Origin: the human T2T-CHM13v2.0 reference genome, Homo sapiens
Reading direction: 5' to 3' (one strand)
Assembly: GCF_009914755.1 (NCBI RefSeq)
Contig: NC_060940.1
DNA length: 64,000 nt
The notes beneath the pieces were generated by a model, which did not search any database, had not been told where the DNA came from, and saw only the letters and a program-made list of their open reading frames with translations. Position 1 is the first letter of the stretch; every line of letters starts with the position of its first letter. Below are positions 1 to 11,625 of this stretch, one piece after another. The translations under genes were made by a program, and so were the position numbers.

Positions 1-202
<202 letters not shown>

Positions 203-770
203 TGAGATTCCAGAACTGACGTGCAAAAAATGTGCAAAAGGCCTCCTGAACTGTAGCCCGGGCCAGTCCTGGCCCGCATGTCCATGTGAGGGCTGGTTTG
301 CCTCCATCCTCCTTGTGCATGTGACCCCAGCTGTGGGCTTATGTGGACCGGATGAATGTGACTGTAGTTACACCTAGATCACAAACAACATCTGAGAGGA
401 GGTGATGCCTCTGATCTCTATCAGACCACGAGGAAACTAGAGAGTATGGAGTCTACTCCAAGTGCTGGGCTAGGCCCCAGCCTTATGGCTTATGCTGGGA
501 TCTCAAATTCCAGGCCACACTGGGCTACCCATGTAAGGTCAATGAGAGAAGTAGGCCAGGTGGGGGCAGAGGCAAATTAGAACAAGCCCATTCACCCTAA
601 CAGAGGTGATCCATTCTCAGCGCCAATCATTTTACCATGGGGAATGCATTCCAAGTTGCTCAGTCTTCTGGTTTTCCAGAAGACTCCAGAAATACTTATT
701 CTTATGGGCATTATCCCAATTTTAAAATGGTTACAAATTCACATTTGTAAAAAAATAAGCTGTATGTGAG

Positions 771-1219
771 TGTACTGGGTTAAACGGCATCCCTCCAAAA
801 TCATGTCCACTCAGAATCTCAGAATGTGATCTTATTTAGAAATACAGTCTCTGCAGATATAATTAGTTAAATTAAGATGAGTTCATACTGGGTTAGAATG
901 GGCTAGAAATCCAATGACTCATCTTCTCCTAAGGCCATGTGAAGACATGCAGGAAGGTCACGTGCTGATAGAGGCAGGGACTGCACTGGTGCATCTACAA
1001 GCCAAGAAACACCAAGGAACGCCAGCAGCAACTGGAACCTAGGAGAGAGCCATGGATGCTTCTCCAGATCCTCTAGAACCAACCAACCCTGCTCATGCCT
1101 TGAGTGTGGACTTCTGACCTCCAGAACTCTCATTCTCCAGGACGAGAGAATAAATTCATGTTGTTTTAAGCCACGCTGGTTGAAGCGATTTGTTATGGTG
1201 GCCGTAGGGAACTAAAACA
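771..1219 (+). mobile_element. MaLR solo LTR (MLT1B/C-like)
   Basis: TG...CA ends; cagaatgtgatcttatttagaaata, ctacaagccaagaaacaccaagga, aataaattcatgttgttttaagccac. Confidence 0.85.
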
Positions 1220-1785
1220 AAGAGCCAAACCCACCAGGGCTGCGAGAGGAATGTGCCCAACTGTCCTTCCCATGATCACAGGATCATGCTCTTGATCCTG
1301 TCCCTGTCCACCTCCTCGTCTGAAGCTTGACTGATTCACTTTCTCCCTTGCATTGCTGCCTGTCCACTATGCTGGCCTCCATCCTTCCTGGGCTAGTTCC
1401 GATGTCCCCATTTTAACAGCATTTCCTGATATTGGCCACTCTAAGCCTTCCGTGAGCAGTAGATGGTCCTGCTCTGCACCCTGAAATCTGCCTGCTGTCT
1501 GTCAGTCAACTGGAGTTGTTTTCCAAAGGAAGCTGATGAGAAAATCCAAAGGCTTGTCTTCATCCATTCTCCGTTTTTCTTCCAGAGCTTCCGACAGCTG
1601 GAGGCCGCCTCCTCTTTTTGGAATACCCTGCTCTTTTGGCAGCCCTGGTCCTGCCCTTCCAAGGTCATCTGAGCACCTTTCATCACTTCCCTTGGCTCCG
1701 TGATAGCCTTTTCTTTCATCCTCCGGTCCCTTCAATGTAGGCATTTCAGGCCTATTCTCTTCTCTATGCTTTAAATAAGCTAACT

Positions 1786-1991
1786 CAGTGGCCCTCAACT
1801 GGAAGTGATATAGCCCCCTAGATACATCTATCAATATCTGGAGACATTTTTCATTGCCACAACTGGGTGACCCTGTACTACCGGCACCTAGTAAGTCGAG
1901 GCCAAAGGCATCCAAGGGGCACAGGATAGCACCTGACAATAAAGAATGATCCAGCCCAAAGTGTCAACAGGACCACAGTTGAAAAACCCTG
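1786..1991 (+). mobile_element. MER20 (hAT-Charlie)
   Basis: cagtggccctcaactgg...tctggagacattttt...ccagcccaaagtgtcaacag...gttgaaaaaccctg. Confidence 0.75.
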
Positions 1992-2371
1992 AGCTAACAG
2001 AATCCCACTTTGATGCTCTTGATCATTTATCTCATGACTTGTGCCTCTCAAGGAACTCTAGTCTTGAATGTGTTCAGAAGGAAACAGTTCACGCATTGCT
2101 TCTTGGAGATTTCCAATGTGCATTTGCCCTTGAAAGGCTCTGACAAGGTCTGCAGCCAAATAAAAACTTGCTTTGCATTTGTTTAATCCACCATTTCCTA
2201 ATGTATTTGAATACAGAAATCCTTTGTTTAGGCAATAATCACTATCATTCTTCTGAAGTAAGCTGCAGTATCTAACAATTTATTGAGCATTTACCATGTT
2301 CTAGAGTGTCCTAAGCACTTCACACATCCTACAGGGCCTTTCTCCCCACAGGCAGTGGGGGGCAGTGGGGT

Positions 2372-2503
2372 GCAGTGGATAACAGTGTTGGCTCTGGAGT
2401 CAGGTAGCTGGCTTGGAATTTGCAGCCACATCAGTTGAGCTGTGTGACCTTCATAAATGCCTTCATTTCTCTAAGCCTCAATTTCCTTACCTTTAAGTGA
2501 GGG
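2372..2503 (+). mobile_element. MIR fragment (one of many MIRs in the window)
   Basis: ggctctggagtcag...agctgtgtgacctt...ctctaagcctcaatttcctt core. Confidence 0.7.
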
Positions 2504-2505
2504 TA

Positions 2506-3376
2506 CAGCCATGCATCACAACGATGGGATACATTCCGAGGAGTGGATTGTTATGAGATTTTGTTGCTGTGAGACTATCACAGAGCGCAGTTACACAAAC
2601 CTACATGGGGTGGCTTAGCACATACCTAGGTTATATGCTCCTAGGCTACAAACCTGGACAGCATCATACTGTACTCAATACTGTAGGCAACTTTAACACA
2701 ATTTTAAGTATTTGTGCATCTAAGCATATCTAAACATAGAAAAGGTACAGTAACAATATGGTATAAAAGATAAAAATGGTACACCTATATAAGATACTTA
2801 TCATGAATGGAGCTTGCAGAACTGGTAGTTGCTCTGGGTGAGTCAGTAAGTCGTGGGTGAATATGAAGGTGTAGGACATTACTGTACATTACTGTAGACT
2901 TTATAAACACTGTACACTTAGGCCACACTCAATTTATAAAAAAATAAACTATGATGTTATGACTACAATGTAACTAGTCCATAGGAATTTTTCAGCCCCT
3001 ATAATAGGGCTGAATAGTCAACGATGGACTGCACATACAATGGTGGTCCCGTAAGATATTATAATCTTATTATAATAATCTATTATTATATATAATCGAT
3101 AATTATATATATTATAATATATAATAGATAATAGATTATAATCGATTATATATAATATATTATACAATATATACTATATATAAAATATATAATATATATT
3201 ATATATACACCTTCATATTTGATTATATGTAATATATTATATATAATTATTATTATAATCTATTATAATAAGATTATAATATCTATATCTATAATAGATA
3301 TTATACTCTTATGGGACCACCATTGTATATGCAGTCCACCGTTGACTGAAACACTGAAACATACAGTGCATGACTG
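2506..3376 (-). mobile_element. Tigger3 (Golem/MER7-type) DNA transposon with an internal inverted duplication and AT-rich expansion
   Basis: TIR-like ends cagccatgcat.../...tgcatgactg; diagnostic catatctaaacatagaaaaggtacagtaa and cttatgggaccaccattgtatatgcagtcc. Confidence 0.85.
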
Positions 3377-3389
3377 TGTCTGTGTGTCT

Positions 3390-3455
<66 letters not shown>
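3377..3455. repeat. (TG)n(TA)n compound microsatellite
   Basis: Directly visible. Confidence 0.95.
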
Positions 3456-3529
3456 TGCCCATGTCAAAAAGTTCTGAATCTCAAATTAGATAAAACTTGC
3501 AAAGGGCTTTATGGTATGTTCTCAGTAAT

Positions 3530-3830
3530 GTTGATTATTGATTGATTGATGATGATGAAGATGGCGGTGGTGTTGGCAGTGATGGTGGTGGAGGTGATGG
3601 TGATAGCTGTGATGACTGTGAAGGCGATGACAGTGGTGGTGATGGGGATAACAGGATGGTGGTGAAAGAGATAATAAGGTGGTGGTGATGGTGATTCTGA
3701 TGGGGGCGGCAGTGGTAGAGGTGATAGTGGTGTTGGCAATGGTGGTAGTGATGAAGATGGTGATGATATGAGGTGGCGGCCTTCGTCATGGTGTTGGTGA
3801 TAATGTTGGCAGCGGTGGTGATGGTGGTAT
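3530..3830. repeat. Degenerate (GGT/GAT)n low-complexity repeat
   Basis: gatggtggtggaggtgatggtgatag...; source of the His-, Pro- and Thr-rich spurious ORFs. Confidence 0.9.
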
Positions 3831-5686
3831 TGTACTCTCTATTTGGACTGTCCTTCTTGACCTGGTGAAATTATATACTCGCCTACTTATTTATCTCAAA
3901 GACTACGACGTTTTCACTGATTGCCCCCTTTGGGCATAATTCTTCCTCTTTTGTGTCATATTTTTTTAATGCCTCCACCATATCACTCTCTGACATACAC
4001 TATCAGGACTTGTCTCCTCTGCTCTTCAGGGGGCACCTTCCCTTCACCTGCCACATACAAAGAGGGGCCGTTTAATAAATGCATGTTGACATCAAATAGG
4101 GTGGATTATGGGGCACCAGAACCTTCCAACAAGCCTCTCCCCAACTCCACAGGAAAAATGACAACAGAAAGCAACTCGATGAGAATTTTGCATCCCCTGC
4201 CGGCTTCAAGGAGACCTCAAGGCAAACTCATGCCCAGCCTCAAAACACTCAGAAAATGGGAGGTGGCACCAGAAGACAAGTTTCATTGCAGGCCAGGCAC
4301 TGCCCATCCTGCTTGAAAACAGTGAGTGATGGATGCCAGTGCTGAGCAAAGCAAAAGGAGGGCCTGGAAAGGAAGCAGCCTGGTTTCCCGCTGCAAGCTA
4401 GTGATGGAGACTTCTGACTGCGGAAGCGAGCAAGAGTCCTCAGAGCAGAAATTTAAGTAGGAAGGTGTGGTGCAGGGCTCTGCGCATACTAAGCGGCCTG
4501 CAGACGCGCCCTGCTTCAAAGCAGAGATTGCAGGCTGCCAGCTCCTGGGCCTGCCCAGCCTGCAGACAGCTTTTCTTGGGCTCACACTCTGTTGTGCTGC
4601 TTTGTTTTAAATTAAAATAGTTGTCAGTTAAATCAAGAGATTTCAGATTAAAACTCAGATTTCTTACAAAAAGAATAATAATTGGAAGAGTGAGCAAGCA
4701 AGCCTGGGCCTGCAGTTCTCAAGGCAAGGGAGCCTGGGGCTTTACACTATCGTGGAGCTAAGTGAGTGGCAGCTTCTACCTGCCTACTCCAGGCATTGAC
4801 ATCCTGCCTGGCCCCTTGGGGTATTTTGTGACGCTTGCTATAAATACCACCAGTGTATGAAATGCCAACTTCATCCTGGTTAAGCGCACGTGCTTGGGGG
4901 TGCGGCAGACTTGGCTTCACATCTTGGCTCTGATTTTGCGTAGCTGGGTGATTTCAGGCAAGGTTACTTGCTCTCCCTAAGTCCTAGTTTCCTCATGGGC
5001 CAAGCAAAGGATGCTAATGACATGGCTCCTCCATACTGAAGGATTCAAGAAGACCGGACCTAAGACACACTTATGGAGTGATTCTCATAACTGGTACCTG
5101 TGTCAACAGTGAGGCGGGTACTGCTGCCACGCCCATTTTGCAGAGGAAAAACCTTAGACTGGAGGGATGAAGTGATTTGCCCAAGAATGCCTAGCTTGTG
5201 AGTGACAGAGCCTGGATTCAATTGCAGAAAGCCTGCCTTCTGCACCCAAGTCATCACCACTTCCAACTCTAGATGTTTCACTCCCAAGTGGCAAAATCAT
5301 CCCTCCATTTCAGCTCTTGCAAATCTCTGGGCCTACCTTTATCCCCGCTTAACTGTTCAGTTACATCTTTGCCTTTCCGATGAGGCTCTGATCAACGCTA
5401 AGTCTTGAGATACTAAGTTCTGCACAGCTATCACCCGTTTGCCTAATGAATAATGAATAAATACCTAATAAATAAATAATGGGTAAATAAGCACATAAGA
5501 AATCAATCAAATCAGCTAGTGGGTAGAGAGTAGATAAAAACAACAACAAAAAACTAACAGCTCATTGACTACTCTTTTTTTTTTTTGGCATTTCTAAAAT
5601 CTCTCTGGGATCATTATACATTTCACAGCAGCACTCGAAGAACCCTCCCCATGTGGGAATCCAGCAAACTGAGCCATGTGATAAAA

Positions 5687-5717
<31 letters not shown>

Positions 5718-6754
5718 ACCATCTTCTCTGCAACCCTAAGGTTCAAGTCTACCCTGAGCAAAGTGAACCCAGCATTCCTTGGTGCACATCCACAGTAAAT
5801 GATTACTTAGCCCACAGAGAAACGTCTGTCTGCAAGACTGTGTTAGTTATTATCCTATCATAATAAAACAGATTATGCTATAGTAATGAATACGACCATA
5901 ATGGTCTGCGGCAGTTTAATCAATGCATTCTTCAACTGCAACTGAGCAAAATAGGTAATGGAGGATCATTTGATCTACATTTTTATTAATTTGGTGTCAT
6001 TTGTCTCCTGGTTATTTTAATCATCTCTCATTATGAGAAAATGGGAAAACTTCCTGAAAAAAAAAAAAGTGGAGTCATCTTGCTCTATTTTATTCCTCGC
6101 TTTGTTTTAGTGTGAAAAGTAGCTTGTTCCAGTTCAGTTTGGGAATGGAGGTTACTGATGCCTGATTAAATGTAGTTCTAGATTTCAGAGGGAAAAGCTC
6201 CCTTATCTCACACAAGTCAGACAAAGCTGTTCAAGTCATACACAAGTTGAGACGTGTTGAAAGTGGCCTGGAACCACTAACAGCCAAATCATCATCATTA
6301 TCATCTTTTTTTTTTTTTTTTTTTGGAGACCTACTATGTGCTGAATGTGCTGAGCATGGTGCTGGGTGAGCTCTTCTCTCCAGTCCTCCCACCCATCCTG
6401 CAAAAGGACGTACCAGTATCCCCATTTACAAATGGGGTTCAGAGAGGTCAGCTAACCTGGCCAAAGGTCACACAGCTGGAAAGAGGCAGTGGCAGACTGC
6501 AAACTCGAAGGGCCCCGTCTCAATGCCTCTCAGTATTTCTTGTATGCACGAAAGGGACTGTTAGTTTCTCAGTCCCCAAAGACGCGCTGAGTCACGGTAG
6601 AAATTATGCATTCAGGATACTGAGTGGGGAATTATGACAAATGCTTTCTTTGCAGTTCCTTTAAGGACTGTGTCTCTCTTGATATAGCTTTCTGGCTTAA
6701 AAAACGTTTGCCTAGTGCCTGCATCTGTTTACAGAAAATCTGACGTGTTGGTAA

Positions 6755-7138
<384 letters not shown>

Positions 7139-7527
7139 TAAGGTTGCTAGATCTTTCCATTTATCTTGAGGGAAGCTGGAGATCTTGAAATTTAAATACA
7201 AGCATCTGATTTTTAATTATTAGCAACTAATTCAGAAAATTCAAGCATCTAGCCTGGGCCTGGCATCTTGCTGGCTTTAGTCTCCATGCTAAGAGTGAAA
7301 GTGAGCATGTGTAGGGTCTTACCACCTCTTCTTCCTTTACGAGTCTAAATGGCTATCAGGAATCAAAGACACATGGACTTTTTGTTAGAGGGACTAAGGA
7401 GTGTCAGTATCACAACTGAAATGGAGAGTACAAAAAAAAAAAAAAGGCTGGACTTGGTTGAGGGGACAGTGTGGAAAAACTGATGTGGGACTGTGACCTC
7501 AGTGGGACATCGGACTGGTGATGCCCA

Positions 7528-7978
7528 TTGTAGTTTCCCGGGGCTGCCCTAACAAAGTCACACAGCTGGGGGGCTTAAACAGCAGAAACTTACTGTCTCA
7601 TAGTGCCGGAGGCTGGAGGTCCAAGATCCAGGCGTTGGCAGGGTTCGTTTCTTCTGAGGGCTGAGAAGGAAGAATCTATTCCATGCCTTTCTTCTGGCTC
7701 CTAGGGAATTGCCGGTAATTCATGTTCCTTGGCCTTGAGATGCATCACCTGTCTTTACGTCCATGTTCCCTTGGCATTCTTCTAGTGTGCATGTCTATCT
7801 GTGGGTCTGAACGTCCTCTTTTTATACGGACACAGTCATGTTGGATTAGGGCACGCTCTAATGACCTCACTTTAACTTGATAATTTGCAAAGACCCTATT
7901 TCCAAATAAGGCCACATTCACAAGTCCTGGGGCTTAGGAATTCAACCTATTTTGGGGGATACAATGTAATCCATAATA
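7528..7978 (-). mobile_element. MaLR solo LTR (MLT1C-like)
   Basis: ggcttaaacagcagaaacttactgtctca, ggtccaagatc, gaccctatttccaaataaggccacattc. Confidence 0.85.
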
Positions 7979-8737
7979 TCTACTTAGCAATTGAGTATAG
8001 GATTCTGAAATTCTGAAGAGGGGCTTGATTTAGGTATAATTGGCATTTAGGTGGCTGTTCAACGCAGAAAGTAACGTAAAGAACAATGTTGAGGTGAGTC
8101 TTGTTTGGGGATTTAAAAGATGAAAGATTCTAAGGATGTGTAATATACGAAGTTTGGTGCTTCTCAAACTTTAATGTCCATAAAGTAGAAATACTGGTAT
8201 TCAACTTACAATCCCAATTATTACATTATTATTATTTGAAGGGCTCCAGAAGGAGATCTGTGTTTTTCAGTATTTTTTCCCCATTCTCATTCCAGGAAGA
8301 AGTTCCAAAATACATTAGAGAAACTATTAATTTTTTTTTCCAAATGGACTTTTCTCACCCCACAAGTTGGCCTCCCTTGGGGTGACTCCTGCCCTCTCCT
8401 CTGCCTTCCCACACTCAGCAATGTGTCTTGGTTGAAGATACTGGTTGGAGGTTTAAGATCAATGCCCTTCGTCCTGACAGGCAGTGAACTGGTTTTTCAG
8501 AACCTTTCTCATGACTCCAGGAAGTGCACATGTAATTAAACTGAGTCTGTGTTGGGTTTCAGATTAGTGAAGTGTGCCTGTGGCAAAAGGTCTCTTCCTT
8601 CCTGAGAGACGCAGCGGTGTAATTAGAATCCGGAGACGGATTCATCAGCATTTCTTACCAGCGTTTCTACAGGATGCTCCAATATTCATCTGGGCCTAGT
8701 TCTGCTTCCTGGGAGACCATGGGATGTTGTTGCTGGA

Positions 8738-8750
8738 TGCCATCTGCTGG
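8738..8750 (-). promoter_or_regulatory. Candidate CTCF core motif (CCAGCAGATGGCA), containing an E-box CAGATG
   Basis: Full match to the CCASYAGRKGGCR consensus in non-repeat sequence; motif only, no binding data. Confidence 0.45.
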
Positions 8751-9277
8751 CAAAATGCAGGGGTTCCTCTCGGGTCACTTGGGTGACACTGGGGGTTCAG
8801 TCCATTCCAAGCAAGTTAGCTGAGAGCCCAGGTAAAAGTCAGTAGCAGGCTGGTAAGTGTCTGTCCTTATTTCCAAGTCAGTATTAAAATGGTCCAGGCG
8901 TAAGGCTGGCTCCAAATCCCTCTGAAGGTCATTGTTCATGCATTAGCAGTTCAGCAAACATTTGTAGAGCATCTGGTACATGTCAGGCCATTCCACCTTC
9001 ACTTAGCATCCTTTCGGTGAGGGCAGTGGTACCTGGCACACAGGCTGGGGGATTTTTATCATGAGCTGAAGTCAGAGCACTTTTTCCCCTGGCCTTTCCA
9101 TTCATCCACCCCATCCCTAAAAGTCAACTGAAACCCTGGAGAAACAAGTTGCAGTTATTCCTTGTTAAATCTGTAATTTATTCCCATTAATCCTTTTTGA
9201 AGACAATGGCAAATCTGTAAAATGTTCAAATACACACAGGAAATAGCAGGCCGGAATTTTCAGCTTTTGTCTTAGAA

Positions 9278-9555
9278 CAGGAGTCAGCAGACTTCTTCTG
9301 TAAAGAGTTAGACTGTAAATATTAGGTTGGTGCAAAAGTAATTACGGTTTTTGCTATTGAAAGTGATGGCCAAAAGTGCAACTACTTTTGCACCAACCTA
9401 ATAGTTTAGGCTTTTGGAGCTGCACAGTTTCTGTTGCAACCACTCAGCTCTGCCCTTGAGGTTGGAAAGTAGCCACAGATGATGCATAAATGAATGGGCG
9501 TGGTAGTGTTTTTACAAAAGCAGATTGGCAGCTGTCTTTGGACCCAGGACCCCTG
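9278..9555 (-). mobile_element. MER58A (hAT-Charlie) interrupted by MADE1
   Basis: caggagtcagcagacttcttctgtaaagag...aaatat[MADE1]...ctgttgcaaccactcagctctgcc...aagtagccacaga. Confidence 0.8.
9322..9401. mobile_element. MADE1 (Hsmar1-derived 80-bp MITE)
   Basis: TTAGGTTGGTGCAAAAGTAATT...actacttttgcaccaacctaa; exactly 80 bp; TA target duplication at 9320-9321 and 9402-9403. Confidence 0.95.
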
Positions 9556-9599
9556 TCTTAGAGAAATCAGGTTTTGTGATGCTGTCGGACCCCAATAAG

Positions 9600-10200
9600 G
9601 GAAAACTCTAAATTCCCTTTCATGGCCTACAAGGTCCTGCATGACCAGATCCCTGCCCTCCTCTTTGTCTTCAGCATCTATGCTTCTTATTGCTAATTAA
9701 ACTTCAGCTATCCCTTCCGCCTTCTGGCTCTTAGTCATGCCAAGTGTGTGGCAACTTTAGGACTTTTGCAAAGCTGTTCTTTCAGTTTCAACGGCACCAG
9801 TGGAGCTGGACTCCATCCTTTTCAGTTTCTCCCACTTCTATCAACTTTTCCAAATAAGTCGAGGAGTTTACGTGATCTCACAATGGGGTGAGATATCTCA
9901 TGATATGAGGTAGGGCAGTCATCTGCTCATTTTCTAGATGCAGTAATTTCTCCATTTCAGTCAGTGATAGCAACACCAATCAGGTCCTCTAATGAACAAT
10001 CCAGGTGTCTTCTTCGATTCCTCCCCAGCCTCATCTCTACAGCCAACAGACTGCCAAATTCTGCCAAATTTGCCTCCTGAATTGTTTTCAAATCCAACTT
10101 TTCCTCTTTCTTAATTGAACCTATTGTCATTTCTTGCCTAGACTACCCCAAAGGCATGCTTACTGGACTCTTCACTTGCAGACTTGGACCCCTGTAATTC
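9600..10200 (+). mobile_element. L2 fragments
   Basis: catggcctacaaggtcctgcatga; tcatttcttgcctagactac...cttactggactc. Confidence 0.6.
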
Positions 10201-10955
10201 ATCCATCCATCCATCCATTCATCCATCCATCCATCCATTCATCTCATTCATCCATCCACTCACCCACCCAGTCCATCCATCCATGATCCATCCATCCATC
10301 CACTCATCCAGTCCATTCATCCATCCATCCATCCATCCATCATCCATCCATCCACTCACCCAGTCCATCTATCCATCCATTCATCCCATTCATCCATCCA
10401 CTCACCCACCCAGTCCATCCATCCATGATCCATCCATCCATCTACTCATCCAGTCCATTCATCCATCCATCCATCCATCATCCATCCATCCACCCACCCA
10501 GTCCATCTATTCATCCATCCATCCATCCATCCATCCATCCCATTCATCCATCCACTCATCCACCCAGTCCATCCATCCATCCACTCACCTAGTCCATCCA
10601 TCCATCCATCCATCCATCCATCCATGCATCCCATTCATCCATCCACTCATCCGCCCAGCCCATCCATCCATGTTCCTAGTCCATTCATCCATTCATCCAT
10701 CCACCCATCCATCCATCCACCCACCGAGTCTGTCTGTCCTTCCATCCATCCACCCACCCAGCCTGTCCATCCATCCATCCACCAACCACCCACTCGCTCA
10801 GCCAGTCCATTCATCCATCCTTTCATCTGTCTGTCCAATTCACTTATCTTTTTATCCATCCATTAATTGACTCATCCCATCCATGTTTTCATCCACTCAA
10901 CCCATCTTTCCATATATCCACCCATCTTCTCATTCATCCCTCCATTTATCCATCC
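10197..10955. repeat. Long degenerate (TCCA/CATC)n tandem repeat, about 760 bp
   Basis: Directly visible; source of the 228-aa HPSI-repeat ORF. Confidence 0.97.
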
Positions 10956-11625
10956 AGTGTATCTACTTAGTACCAGGTGGTGTAAGTAGTGAAAAAAAAT
11001 ATTTAGAACCTGCCCTCCTGGATCTTTTAGTTTAATTTGGAAAAGGGATGCTAAACAAACTACACAAATACATGCATATTAATAAACTGGAATAAATGCT
11101 ATAAAAGAAAAGTTTTGCCTGAGAAAGCATAACTGGGTTTAAACTCAGATCCAAGGAACTGCATGAATTGCTGGGAGAGGCATGAGAACAGGGGTATGGA
11201 CAGGAAGACTAGCATGTGGGGAAGCCTTCAGCTACAGTCTGCTTTCTCTAGGGGATGCAGGAACAGGGAGAATGGGTGAGAATAAAGGGAGATAAGGTTG
11301 AAGAAGGAGGTAGGCCAGACTGCAGTGAGTCCTGAAGGTCTCACTGACTTGCAATGGGGAAAGTCCTTGGCAAGTCTTCAGCAGACGAGCCACACAGTTC
11401 CAAGTACATCTTAAGAAGCACACTCTAGATGCAGAATGAAGATTCACTTGGGAGAGGCAGGGAGCGGGTATGAGACGCAGATGTGAGCAGGTAAGTTAGG
11501 AATGTATTGCCACAATCTACGTGACAGGGATGTTGCAGAAGAGACAGAGAGAGAAATGGACCCAGCAGTGATATTCAGGATGTAGAATTGGAAGGTCTTG
11601 CTGCTGGTTGAAATGTGAGAATGAG
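10956..11625 (-). mobile_element. L2 3' region
   Basis: cctgccctcctggatcttttagttt...aggccagactgcag...gcaatggggaaagtccttggcaagtcttcagcag. Confidence 0.6.

Noticed and set aside
3509-3789. Poly-His, poly-Pro and poly-Thr ORFs (also 57634-57816, 42247-42633, 29222-29497)
   Set aside because: Low-complexity repeat translations
10184-10870. 228-aa HPSI-repeat ORF and its antisense MDGW-repeat ORFs
   Set aside because: Translation of a (TCCA)n microsatellite; no splice signals or protein family resemblance
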